From: Escherichia coli
GTDB lineage: Bacteria; Pseudomonadota; Gammaproteobacteria; Enterobacterales; Enterobacteriaceae
DNA length: 64,000 nt
Strand: one strand, 5' to 3'
Assembly: GCF_013122565.1 (NCBI RefSeq)
Contig: NZ_CP053258.1
Both the position numbers and the translations under genes were made by a program. Below the pieces are notes generated by a model. It was not told the DNA's origin and made no database searches. It saw nothing but the letters and a program-made list of their open reading frames with translations. Shown here in pieces: positions 22,736 to 32,722 of the stretch (position 1 is the stretch's first letter; each line of letters begins with the position of its first letter).

Positions 22736-23281
22736 ATCCACCCTGTCGCGAAAAATGGCCTGCGTTATTGCCAGACGTAATAAAACCTTTGATTAACGTT
22801 ACTCATACTGATAGCACCTTCATGTACCTCTCTTTTTTACGCAAATCAAAAGAGCTAACGAAGGTCATAATTCGCATGAATCATTAACCATTTGTTATTT
22901 TCAACATTACTTTTACATTAAGCAGAAATGAATGGTAGTGAAATTCGACTTAAATTTTATGAAATGCATTTACTTATGGCTAAACCCATATCACTAAAAT
23001 GCAAATTAGAAGTAGATCACAAATATCTCAATACACCAAATCAAGTTAATTTTAAAAATTTAACATTCATGACATTAGTTGACATAACACACTGAATTAA
23101 CATGGAAATTTAAAAACACACTTTAAACAATCATTTCCCGAAAGACATTTTGAAAATAGATCAATTGCAACATTACGGTCAGATAAAGACACTCCTGTGA
23201 TATTAAACCTGTGCCGTTATGAACGGCCATAAATACGACGTGTGTAACTTATTTTACTCTCTGTCTTACAAAGGATTACCC

Positions 23282-23731
23282 ATGAAGAAAGCAACACTTG
23301 TGATTGGCGTTATTGGCGCGGACTGCCATGCAGTAGGCAATAAAGTTCTGGACCGCGTTTTTAGCAACCACGACTTCAGAGTCATTAATCTGGGCGTAAT
23401 GGTCAGCCAGGACGAATATATTGATGCTGCCATTGAAACTGGCGCTGACGCGATTGTCGTCTCCTCTATCTATGGGCATGGCGATATCGACTGTCTGGGC
23501 ATGCGCGAACGCTGCATCGAGCGTGGACTGGGGGACATCCTGCTCTATGTGGGCGGTAACCTGGTGGTAGGAAAACATGACTTCGCTGACGTGGAAAACA
23601 AGTTCAAAGAGATGGGATTTGATCGCGTCTTTGCCCCAAGTCATGACTTAGAAGAGGTTTGTCAGCTGATGGCCCACGATATCAACCAACGTCATGACGT
23701 TGATACTCGCATTCTTGAAGAGGCAATCTGA
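23282..23731 (+). CDS. mamA: glutamate mutase sigma (S) subunit, B12-binding (methylaspartate mutase small subunit)
   Basis: ORF 23219..23731 trimmed to the ATG at 23282 after AAGGA; [24 protein letters not shown] carries the DxHxxG cobalamin-binding motif and aligns with clostridial GlmS/MutS. Confidence 0.85.
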   Translation: MKKATLVIGVIGADCHAVGNKVLDRVFSNHDFRVINLGVMVSQDEYIDAAIETGADAIVVSSIYGHGDIDCLGMRERCIERGLGDILLYVGGNLVVGKHDFADVENKFKEMGFDRVFAPSHDLEEVCQLMAHDINQRHDVDTRILEEAI

Positions 23732-25119
23732 TGCAAATCGTCTCTGTCGATATTGGATCGACGTGGACCAAAGCAGCCCTCTTCACCCGGGAGGGGGACG
23801 CGTTAACGTTGGTTAACCACGTACTGACCCCAACCACCACCCATCATCTGGCGAAGGGGTTTTTCTCCAGCCTGAACCAGGTGTTAAACGTAGATAATGC
23901 CCTCCCCCTGTTAAACAGCGGTGAGGTTGCATTGAAGTATTCCTCCTCTGCCAAAGGTGGGCTGGCGGTTGCCGCAATGGGATTGGTGCCTTCTATCACC
24001 CTGGAAACCGCGAAAGTAACCGCTCACTCTGCGGGTGCTAAAATTGCGCAATATTACGCCTACAAGCTGAACCGCCGTGATATCCAGGCACTGGAAGAAA
24101 CGCAGCCCGATATTCTCTTGTTCACCGGCGGCACCGACGGCGGAGAAGAAAGCTACGGACTGAATAACGCCCGTGTGCTGGCAGAATCCAAACTCGACTG
24201 CGCCATTATTTATGCCGGAAACCGGGATATTCAGGACGAGGTGCAGGAGATCCTCGGACATAAAGACCTGACCATCGTCGACAACGTTCTGCCCGATCTT
24301 GACCATCCGAACCCTTTAGCCGCACGCCAGGCTATCTGCGACATATTCCTTAAACGCATCGTTAAAGGGAAAGGGCTGGATGTCATTGTTGATAAAACAG
24401 GCGAAGAACCAATGCCGACACCATGGACGGTCTTTGAACTGGTTAAGGCAATCAGTAACGTCGATCACAGCTGGAAAGAGTTCATGCTGATCGACATGGG
24501 CGGCGCAACCACCGATGTCTATTCCGCCTGTGCCAACACGCTCTCGCCCGACACCGTTTTACACGGCGTACCGGAACCCTTCGTAAAACGGACGGTGGAA
24601 GGCGATCTGGGAATGCGCGTCTCGGCAATGGTGGTTGGTGAAAGTGCGAAAGAGTTAGTCAATGTAAATTTTGCTCAGCAACCCGCACAGCTGGACGCTT
24701 TTTATCATTACCTCCGTCATTTAGTCGCTCATCCCGACTACTTACCCGCGAATGCAGAAGAAAAATATTTCGATACCGTCCTGGCCGGACTGTGTGTGGG
24801 TTATGCCACCGAAAGACATGCGGGCACCAAAAAAGAGGTCTGCACCTGCGTCGGCAATGTCGATTTACAAATGGGACGTGACCTGACAACCGTGCGTAAA
24901 GTCGTCGGATCCGGCGGATGGCTCTCGCGTGCCAGTCAGTTCGATATGCATCACTGGTTGAAATACCGCGAGTTAAACGACGACGGTAAACGCATTCTCT
25001 TACCGACCGAATTTGAATATTACCGCGATTCCCGGGGGCTATTACCACTGCTGGCAAACGTCGCCAGAGTCGATCCGCTGGCCGCCGCGCGCACCAGTAT
25101 TCAATGCTTAACCCTATAA
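23731..25119 (+). CDS. glmL: glutamate mutase L protein (GlmL/MutL, putative chaperone/reactivase)
   Basis: 462 aa, starts [18 protein letters not shown] (actin-like ATPase N-terminus); start overlaps the S-subunit stop (tgATG); sits between S and E as in clostridial operons. Confidence 0.8.
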   Translation: MQIVSVDIGSTWTKAALFTREGDALTLVNHVLTPTTTHHLAKGFFSSLNQVLNVDNALPLLNSGEVALKYSSSAKGGLAVAAMGLVPSITLETAKVTAHSAGAKIAQYYAYKLNRRDIQALEETQPDILLFTGGTDGGEESYGLNNARVLAESKLDCAIIYAGNRDIQDEVQEILGHKDLTIVDNVLPDLDHPNPLAARQAICDIFLKRIVKGKGLDVIVDKTGEEPMPTPWTVFELVKAISNVDHSWKEFMLIDMGGATTDVYSACANTLSPDTVLHGVPEPFVKRTVEGDLGMRVSAMVVGESAKELVNVNFAQQPAQLDAFYHYLRHLVAHPDYLPANAEEKYFDTVLAGLCVGYATERHAGTKKEVCTCVGNVDLQMGRDLTTVRKVVGSGGWLSRASQFDMHHWLKYRELNDDGKRILLPTEFEYYRDSRGLLPLLANVARVDPLAAARTSIQCLTL

Positions 25120-25137
25120 CAATTAAGGCTGCAATCA

Positions 25138-26583
25138 ATGGAACTTCGAAATAAGAAATTAACCCATGACGAATTCATGACCGAGCGGCAACAGGTACTG
25201 AAAACCTGGGAAACCGGCAAGGATGTTGAAAATTTTGAAGATGGCGTTAAATACCAACAAACCATTCCTGAGCATAAACGCTTCTCTCTCGCCCTGCTGA
25301 AAGCAGACAAGGAAGGTAAAACCCTTAGCCAACCGCGCGCAGGTGTGGCGCTGATGGACGAACACATCGAACTACTGAAAACACTACAAGAAGAGTGCGA
25401 TCTGCTGCCAAGCACCATCGATGCATATACCCGTCTGAATCGGTACGAAGAAGCGGCTGTAGGGATTAAAAAATCCATCGAAGCCGGAACCTCTAAACTG
25501 AACGGTTTACCGGTAGTTAACCACGGAGTCGCAGCTTGCCGTCGCCTCACCGAAACCCTGCAAAAACCGCTACAGATCCGCCACGGCACGCCAGATGCGC
25601 GTCTGCTGGCTGAAATCTCGATGGCCAGTGGCTTTACCAGTTACGAAGGCGGCGGCATTTCCTACAACATTCCGTATGCCAAACGCGTAACGCTGGAAAA
25701 ATCGATCCGCGACTGGCAGTACTGCGACCGTTTAATGGGGATGTATGAAGAACACGGGATCCGCATCAACCGCGAACCATTTGGCCCACTAACGGGTACG
25801 CTGATCCCGCCGTTTATCTCGCACTCTATCGCCATAATCGAAGGCTTGCTGGCGCTGGAACAGGGTGTGAAATCTATCACCGTTGGTTATGGCCAGGTCG
25901 GCAGCCTGACGCAGGATGTTGCGGCGATCCAGTCTCTGCGTGAACTTGCACATGAATACTTTCAGAGCTATGGCTATACCGACTATGAATTAAGTACCGT
26001 GTTTCACCAGTGGATGGGCGGCTTTCCGGAAGACGAATCGAAAGCGTTCGCTATTATCTCCTGGGGCGCAGCCGTCGCGGGGATGTCTGGTGCCACCAAA
26101 GTCATCACCAAAAGTCCGCACGAAGCCTGGGGTATCCCAACTGCCGCTGCCAACATTCAGGGGCTGAAAGCCTCCCGCCAGATGCTCAACATGGTCAATG
26201 AGCAGAAATTCCCGCCATGCCCTGCGGTTGAACTGGAAATTGAACTGATTAAGAGCGAGGTTCGCGCGGTACTGAATAAAGTGTTCGAACTGGGTAATGG
26301 TGATATTGCGCGCGGTACGGTGCTGGCATTTGAAGCGGGCGTACTGGATGTGCCGTTTGCGCCAGCCGCCTGCAACGCGGGCAAAATTCTTCCGGTCCGT
26401 GACAACACCGGCGCGATACGCGTACTGGAAGCCGGAGCCGTTCCATTGCCAAAAGATATTCTCGACCTCCACCACGATTACGTTGCGGAACGCGCACGCT
26501 GTGAAGGACGCCAACCGACATTCCAGATGGTTGTAGATGACATCAATGCTGTATCCCACAGTAAATTAATAGGAAGACCATAA
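25138..26583 (+). CDS. mamB: glutamate mutase epsilon (E) catalytic subunit (methylaspartate mutase large subunit)
   Basis: 481 aa, starts MELRNKKLTHDEFMTERQQVLKTW; conserved blocks PRAGVALMDEHIELL, HGTPDARLLAEI, FHQWMGGFPEDESKAF match clostridial GlmE. Confidence 0.88.
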   Translation: MELRNKKLTHDEFMTERQQVLKTWETGKDVENFEDGVKYQQTIPEHKRFSLALLKADKEGKTLSQPRAGVALMDEHIELLKTLQEECDLLPSTIDAYTRLNRYEEAAVGIKKSIEAGTSKLNGLPVVNHGVAACRRLTETLQKPLQIRHGTPDARLLAEISMASGFTSYEGGGISYNIPYAKRVTLEKSIRDWQYCDRLMGMYEEHGIRINREPFGPLTGTLIPPFISHSIAIIEGLLALEQGVKSITVGYGQVGSLTQDVAAIQSLRELAHEYFQSYGYTDYELSTVFHQWMGGFPEDESKAFAIISWGAAVAGMSGATKVITKSPHEAWGIPTAAANIQGLKASRQMLNMVNEQKFPPCPAVELEIELIKSEVRAVLNKVFELGNGDIARGTVLAFEAGVLDVPFAPAACNAGKILPVRDNTGAIRVLEAGAVPLPKDILDLHHDYVAERARCEGRQPTFQMVVDDINAVSHSKLIGRP

Positions 26584-27824
26584 TGAAAATAAAACAGGCC
26601 CTGTTCACCGCTGGCTATTCCTCATTCTATTTCGATGACCAGCAGGCGATAAAAAACGGAGCGGGTCACGACGGCTTTTTTTATACCGGGGAGCCAGTAA
26701 CACAGGGGTTTAACGCCGTACGTCAGGCCGGGGAGTGCGTATCGGTACAGTTGATTCTGGAAAACGGCGCGGTCGCTGTAGGTGACTGTGCTGCCGTACA
26801 GTATTCCGGGGCAGGTGGTCGCGATCCACTGTTCCTCGCAGAGCACTTTATTCCGTTCCTCAACGACCATATTAAGCCATTACTGGTAGGCCGCGATGTG
26901 GATACTTTCCTGCCGAATGCCCGTTTCTTCGACAAATTGCGTATTGACGGCAACTTGCTGCATACCGCCGTGCGCTACGGATTATCACAGGCGCTGCTTG
27001 ATGCTACCGCGCTGGCAACCGGCCGTCTGAAAACTGAAGTGGTCTGTGATGAATGGCAGTTGCCACGCGTGGCGGAATCCATTCCATTATTTGGTCAGAG
27101 CGGCGACGATCGATATATCGCCGTCGATAAGATGATCCTTAAGGGCATCGACGTGCTGCCCCATGCGCTGATTAATAACGTCGAAGAGAAGCTGGGCTTT
27201 AAAGGTGAAAAACTGAGCGAATATGTCCGCTGGTTGTCGGATCGCATTCTAAGCAAGCGCACCAGCGCGCGCTACCACCCTACCCTGCACATCGATGTAT
27301 ACGGCACTATCGGTCTGATCTTCGATATGGATCCGCTCCGCTGTGCGCAATACATCGCCAGCCTGGAAAAAGAAGCGCAAGGCCTGCCGCTCTACATCGA
27401 AGGGCCGGTCGATGCCGGTAACAAGCCCGATCAAATTCGCCTGCTGACCGCGATTACCAAAGAGCTGACGCGCCTCGGTTCCGGCGTGAAAATTGTGGCC
27501 GATGAATGGTGTAACACCTACCAGGATATTGTTGATTTCACTGATGCTGCCAGTTGTCACATGGTGCAAATCAAAACCCCGGATCTGGGCAGTATTCACA
27601 ACATCGTCGATGCGGTTCTTTACTGCAACAGCCACAGCATGGAAGCGTACCAGGGCGGCACCTGCAATGAAACTGATGTCAGTGCCCGCACCTGTGTCCA
27701 CGTCGCCCTTGCCGCTCGCCCTATGCGTATGCTGGTAAAACCAGGGATGGGCTTTGACGAAGGCCTCGATATCGTCTTCAACGAAATGAATCGTACTATC
27801 GCGCTGTTGCAGGCTAAGGATTAA
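26583..27824 (+). CDS. 3-methylaspartate ammonia-lyase (beta-methylaspartase)
   Basis: 413 aa, start overlaps the E-subunit stop (taATG); blocks CAAVQYSGAGGRDPLF, FGQSGDDRY, HMVQIKTPDLG, CNET match clostridial methylaspartase (enolase superfamily). Confidence 0.88.
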   Translation: MKIKQALFTAGYSSFYFDDQQAIKNGAGHDGFFYTGEPVTQGFNAVRQAGECVSVQLILENGAVAVGDCAAVQYSGAGGRDPLFLAEHFIPFLNDHIKPLLVGRDVDTFLPNARFFDKLRIDGNLLHTAVRYGLSQALLDATALATGRLKTEVVCDEWQLPRVAESIPLFGQSGDDRYIAVDKMILKGIDVLPHALINNVEEKLGFKGEKLSEYVRWLSDRILSKRTSARYHPTLHIDVYGTIGLIFDMDPLRCAQYIASLEKEAQGLPLYIEGPVDAGNKPDQIRLLTAITKELTRLGSGVKIVADEWCNTYQDIVDFTDAASCHMVQIKTPDLGSIHNIVDAVLYCNSHSMEAYQGGTCNETDVSARTCVHVALAARPMRMLVKPGMGFDEGLDIVFNEMNRTIALLQAKD

Positions 27825-27827
27825 CAA

Positions 27828-29198
27828 ATGGCTCGTTCTTTTAAAGTCTTATCGCCAACGGCAATCCTCGGGTATGGATTCCCGGAAGAGAGCTTCCGCA
27901 AAGCGATGGCAGAATCGCCCGATCTGATCGCCGTTGATGCCGGCTCTTCCGATCCAGGCCCCCACTACCTCGGGGCAGGCAAACCGTTTACCGATCGCGC
28001 AGGGGTCAAGCGCGATCTGCGCTATATGATCACCGCAGGCGTGCAAAATAATATACCGGTGGTGATCGGAACGGCTGGCGGTTCTGGTGCCGCACCACAC
28101 CTGGAGTGGTGCCGAGAAATAATTCATGAGATTGCCCGGGAAGAGCACCTCTCGTTCTCGATGGCGTTGATCCCGGCAGACGTTGACAAAGCCATCGTCC
28201 ACCAGGCGCTGGATAACGGCAAAATCACGGCGCTGGATTTTGTCCCGCCGTTAACCCACGACGCGATTGACGAAAGTACGTATATCGTTGCGCAAATGGG
28301 CATCGAACCCTTCCAGCGGGCTCTGAAAGAAGGCGCGCAAGTGGTGCTGGGCGGGCGCGCTTACGACCCGGCCTGCTTTGCTGCGCTCCCGATCATGCAA
28401 GGCTTTGATGAAGGTCTGGCGCTGCATTGTGGGAAAATCCTTGAGTGCGCAGCAATCGCCGCAACGCCCGGCTCAGGCTCTGACTGTGCGATGGGCATCA
28501 TTGATGACAACGGCTTTACGCTGAAGACATTTAATCCGAAGCGTAAATTTACCGAAACGTCAGCAGCTGCACACACACTGTATGAAAAATCCGATCCCTA
28601 CTTCCTGCCAGGACCTGGCGGCGTGTTGAACCTGAAAGGCTGCACATTTAAAGCAGTCAATGACGGCGAAGTCTACGTCAGCGGTTCTAAGCATGAAGAA
28701 ACGCCGTATGCCCTGAAACTGGAAGGTGCACGACGGGTGGGCTTCCGCTGTCTGACCATCGCCGGAACGCGCGACCCGATCATGATCGCCGGGATCGATA
28801 AAATCATCGATGAAGTCAAAATCAGCGTTTCGCGTAACCTGTCGCTTGACGATGACAGCATTCGCATCAATTTCCACCTGTACGGCAAAAACGGGGTGAT
28901 GGGCGACCATGAACCGATGCAAACTACCGGGCATGAGCTGGGGATTGTCCTTGATGTAGTTGCACCGACCCAGGAAATTGCCAACAGCGTTTGCTCGCTG
29001 GTGCGCTCTACCATGCTGCACTACGGCTATGAAAACCGCATCGCTACCGCAGGCAACCTGGCGTTCCCGTTCTCCCCTTCTGATATCCAGGGCGGGCCGG
29101 TATACGAATTTTCCATATATCACCTGATTGAAGCCAACGACGCTCTGCGTTTTGATTTCCATATTGAACAGGTGACGCCAGAAGGAGTTCAGGTATGA
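27828..29198 (+). CDS. uncharacterised protein, 456 aa (tentatively AtuA-like/DUF1446-type; family not verified)
   Basis: ATG at 27828 with AAGGA 7 nt upstream, 3 bp after the methylaspartase stop; Gly-rich, no cofactor motif recognised by eye. Confidence 0.6.
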   Translation: MARSFKVLSPTAILGYGFPEESFRKAMAESPDLIAVDAGSSDPGPHYLGAGKPFTDRAGVKRDLRYMITAGVQNNIPVVIGTAGGSGAAPHLEWCREIIHEIAREEHLSFSMALIPADVDKAIVHQALDNGKITALDFVPPLTHDAIDESTYIVAQMGIEPFQRALKEGAQVVLGGRAYDPACFAALPIMQGFDEGLALHCGKILECAAIAATPGSGSDCAMGIIDDNGFTLKTFNPKRKFTETSAAAHTLYEKSDPYFLPGPGGVLNLKGCTFKAVNDGEVYVSGSKHEETPYALKLEGARRVGFRCLTIAGTRDPIMIAGIDKIIDEVKISVSRNLSLDDDSIRINFHLYGKNGVMGDHEPMQTTGHELGIVLDVVAPTQEIANSVCSLVRSTMLHYGYENRIATAGNLAFPFSPSDIQGGPVYEFSIYHLIEANDALRFDFHIEQVTPEGVQV

Positions 29199-29512
29199 AA
29201 CAGTCAATTGTCTCACTGGCGCAAGTCATTCGTTCGAAAAATGCCGGTCCTTACGAACTGGTTTTAGATATTTTATTTAAAACGAAAGAAAACTATGAGC
29301 GAGTTAAATCATCAGGGCAATTAACCCCAGAACTGATTGCGCGCTTATATCATGTTGAACCTGACTTTATTCATCGTATTGTCTGGTTTGATCCTTCTAA
29401 CGCAGTAAAAATCGTCATGCCACGAGATATTATCTCCGGGAATGTAGGTGACAATGATGTCTATGGTGCACAGCAACATGCACCTTTATTAAATATGAGT
29501 TTCGATTTGTAA
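29195..29512 (+). CDS. uncharacterised small protein, 105 aa, translationally coupled to the preceding ORF
   Basis: ATG at 29195 overlaps the upstream stop (ATGA); no recognisable motif. Confidence 0.55.
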   Translation: MKQSIVSLAQVIRSKNAGPYELVLDILFKTKENYERVKSSGQLTPELIARLYHVEPDFIHRIVWFDPSNAVKIVMPRDIISGNVGDNDVYGAQQHAPLLNMSFDL

Positions 29513-29672
29513 AAATCCGAACACTTTTAGCCAACTGACATCCCATCACTTATTGCAGTTCAACACTTCAGCTATTTGTAAGGTTGTAATAGCAGGTAGA
29601 TGCCTGAGTCTCTATTCAGGCATCTACTTCTCCTGATTCTGATTTATCGCCGTGCACCTGATGGAGGAAAAA

Positions 29673-30953
29673 ATGAAGAAAATAAGTTTAACCACGATGA
29701 TTCTTTTGGCGCTGGTACTTGGAATGATTATCGGCGTAGTGCTCAATAACACTGCTTCACCGGAAACCGCAAAACTCTATGCGCAAGAAATATCGATATT
29801 CACGACGATTTTCTTACGACTGATAAAAATGATTATCGCTCCGTTAGTGGTCTCTACCCTGGTGGTAGGTATAGCTAAAATGGGCGATGCCAAAGCCCTT
29901 GGTCGTATTTTTTCTAAAACACTTTTTTTATTTATTTGCGCCTCATTGCTGTCAATTGCCTTAGGCTTGATAACAGTAAATTTCTTCATGCCAGGCACAG
30001 GAATTAATTTTGTTGCACACGGAGCCGAAACCACCGGAGTGGTCGCGTCAGAACCCTTTACGCTAAAAGTATTTATTTCGCATGCTTTCCCCACCAGCAT
30101 TGTCGATGCCATGGCGCACAATGAAATTTTGCAAATCGTGGTGTTCTCAATTTTCCTCGGCTGTAGCCTGACGGCGATTGGCGAGAAAGGCAGCGCCATC
30201 GTTCACGCCTTAGATTCGCTGGCACATGCCATGTTAAAGCTCACTGGCTACGTCATGCTCTTCGCTCCCCTGACCGTATTCGCCGCTATTTCAGCATTGA
30301 TTGCTGAACGAGGACTGGCAGTTATGGTGAGCGCCGGGATCTTTATGGGTGAATTTTATTTCACCATGTTGTTACTTTGGGTACTGCTTATCGGTCTGGC
30401 CATCGTTTATGTCGGCCCCTGCATCAGACGCCTGACCCGCGCCCTTTCGGAACCCGCCCTGCTGGCATTTACCACATCCAGTTCTGAAGCGGCTTTTCCG
30501 GGAACGCTTGAAAAACTGGAGCAATTTGGCGTTTCCCCCAAAATTGCCAGCTTTGTCTTACCCATTGGCTACTCATTTAATCTCGTTGGATCAATGGCCT
30601 ACTGCTCCTTCGCCACAGTTTTCATCGCCCAGGCCTGCAATATCCATTTATCCATCGGTGAGCAAATCACCATGCTGTTGATCCTGATGTTGACCTCGAA
30701 AGGAATGGCTGGCGTACCACGCGCCTCAATGGTGGTTATCGCCGCCACGCTCAACCAGTTCAATATTCCGGAAGCAGGGCTGATCTTGCTGATGGGCGTT
30801 GATCCGTTCCTTGATATGGGGCGTTCCGCGACAAACGTCATGAGCAACGCAATGGGCGCTGCGATGGTGAGTCGGTGGGAAGGCGAACATTTCGGCGAGG
30901 GCTGTCGGGGTAAAGCATTAAAACCCAATGAATCGAACGTTGCTCTGCCCTGA
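29673..30953 (+). CDS. dicarboxylate/amino acid:cation symporter (GltP/DctA family), candidate glutamate or C5-dicarboxylate transporter
   Basis: ORF 29652..30953 trimmed to the ATG at 29673 after GGAGGA; polytopic, with the family serine-rich motif (TTSSSEAAFPGTLEKLE) as in GltP. Confidence 0.8.
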   Translation: MKKISLTTMILLALVLGMIIGVVLNNTASPETAKLYAQEISIFTTIFLRLIKMIIAPLVVSTLVVGIAKMGDAKALGRIFSKTLFLFICASLLSIALGLITVNFFMPGTGINFVAHGAETTGVVASEPFTLKVFISHAFPTSIVDAMAHNEILQIVVFSIFLGCSLTAIGEKGSAIVHALDSLAHAMLKLTGYVMLFAPLTVFAAISALIAERGLAVMVSAGIFMGEFYFTMLLLWVLLIGLAIVYVGPCIRRLTRALSEPALLAFTTSSSEAAFPGTLEKLEQFGVSPKIASFVLPIGYSFNLVGSMAYCSFATVFIAQACNIHLSIGEQITMLLILMLTSKGMAGVPRASMVVIAATLNQFNIPEAGLILLMGVDPFLDMGRSATNVMSNAMGAAMVSRWEGEHFGEGCRGKALKPNESNVALP

Positions 30954-31060
30954 GGGGGATCTTAAGCAATCAGAAGCCAATGACTACGCATTTTTATAAG
31001 CCGGATCATGAAGTTAGACGGCAATTAAGTAACACTAACGTTTAAGGTGAAAAGTGAAAT

Positions 31061-32713
31061 ATGTCCAAACCATTTATCTGGCAAGAACCGTTTCTACAAA
31101 ATAAAGACGGTACAGAATATACATTAATTAGCGATCAACATATTACAGTAACGGAATTAGACGGCGAAGAAGTGATAAAAATCGCTCCTGAAGCATTAAC
31201 GCTGCTTGCCCGGCAGGCATTTTATGAAGCCTCTTTTTTCTTACGTTCCGCTCATTTGCAACAGGTCGCCAGCATTCTTAACGATCCGCAGGCCAGTAGT
31301 AATGATAAATACGTTGCGTTGCAGTTATTACGTAATGCTGAAGTCTCAGCAAAAGGGGTATTACCCAACTGTCAGGATACCGGCACCGCAACTATTGTTG
31401 CCAGGAAAGGGCAACAGATATGGACCGGAGGTAACGACGCTGAAGCCTTAAGCAAAGGCATTTACACCACTTTCCAGGAAAATAATCTGCGCTTTTCACA
31501 AAATGCGCCGCTGGATATGTATACCGAAGTCAATACGCAAACCAATCTCCCGGCGCAGATTGATATCAGCGCCGTCGCTGGTGATGAGTACCATTTTCTC
31601 TGTGTTAATAAAGGGGGCGGCTCCGCCAATAAAGCCACGCTTTATCAGGAAACCAAATCCTTATTGCAACCAGAAAAACTGACCGCATTTTTAATCGAAA
31701 AAATGAAATCGCTGGGCACCGCTGCCTGCCCGCCTTACCACATCGCCTTTGTCGTCGGAGGGCTTTCAGCCGATCAAACCTTAAAAGTTGCCAAGCTGGC
31801 TTCTACGAAATATTACGACAATTTGCCCACCAGCGGAAACGAGCAGGGACAAGCATTCCGTGATATTGAGCTGGAAAAAGTGATGCTCGAGGCCAGTCAG
31901 CAATTTGGTATTGGTGCGCAATTTGGGGGTAAATATTTCGCTCATGATATTCGCGTCATTCGTCTGCCGCGTCACGGTGGCTCCTGCCCGATAGCTATGG
32001 CGCTCTCCTGTTCAGCCGATCGCAATATCAAAGCAAAAATTAACAAGCACGGTATCTGGCTGGAAAAACTCGAACACAATCCGGGGCAATATATTCCAGC
32101 CTCACTATGGGAAGAAAATCACGCGCAACATGTACAACTGGATCTAAACCGTCCGTTGCGTGACGTGATGCAGGATCTCGCCAGATTACCGGTAGGTACC
32201 CGCGTGTCGTTAAGTGGTCCCATCGTAGTGGCGCGCGATATCGCCCACGCCAAAATAAAAGCGCGGCTGGATAGCGGCGAATCGATGCCGGAGTACCTGA
32301 AGCATCATATTGTCTATTACGCTGGCCCGGCGAAAACACCGGAGAACATGGCCTGCGGTTCACTAGGTCCAACCACGGGCGGTCGAATGGACGGTTATGT
32401 CGATACCTTCCAGGCTGCTGGCGGCAGTCTGGTGATGTTATCGAAAGGTAACCGCAGCCAGCAGGTCACCGATGCCTGTCACAAACATGGTGGCTTCAAT
32501 CTGGGAAGTATTGGCGGTGCAGCTGCGTTACTGGCGCAAGAATATGTCAAAAGTCTGCGTTGCCTGGAATACCCGGAGCTGGGTATGGAAGCGGTGTGGA
32601 TGATGGAAGTGGAAAATCTGCCCGCATTCATCCTGGTAGATGATAAAGGCAATAATTTCTTTAGTCAGTTTGAGCAGCAACACCGCTGCGCCAGTTGCCC
32701 TGCGGGACATTAA
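31061..32713 (+). CDS. class I (Fe-S) fumarate hydratase family protein, FumA/FumB paralogue; candidate mesaconase
   Basis: 550 aa, full-length similarity to FumA as remembered (blocks [55 protein letters not shown]); context suggests mesaconate hydration. Confidence 0.85.
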   Translation: MSKPFIWQEPFLQNKDGTEYTLISDQHITVTELDGEEVIKIAPEALTLLARQAFYEASFFLRSAHLQQVASILNDPQASSNDKYVALQLLRNAEVSAKGVLPNCQDTGTATIVARKGQQIWTGGNDAEALSKGIYTTFQENNLRFSQNAPLDMYTEVNTQTNLPAQIDISAVAGDEYHFLCVNKGGGSANKATLYQETKSLLQPEKLTAFLIEKMKSLGTAACPPYHIAFVVGGLSADQTLKVAKLASTKYYDNLPTSGNEQGQAFRDIELEKVMLEASQQFGIGAQFGGKYFAHDIRVIRLPRHGGSCPIAMALSCSADRNIKAKINKHGIWLEKLEHNPGQYIPASLWEENHAQHVQLDLNRPLRDVMQDLARLPVGTRVSLSGPIVVARDIAHAKIKARLDSGESMPEYLKHHIVYYAGPAKTPENMACGSLGPTTGGRMDGYVDTFQAAGGSLVMLSKGNRSQQVTDACHKHGGFNLGSIGGAAALLAQEYVKSLRCLEYPELGMEAVWMMEVENLPAFILVDDKGNNFFSQFEQQHRCASCPAGH

Positions 32714-32722
32714 GGAAAATGA

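Noticed and set aside
27249-29216. 192-aa and 218-aa minus-strand ORFs inside the island
   Set aside because: Antisense to the methylaspartase gene and the 456-aa gene, which have strong RBS and coupling evidence; no independent support.
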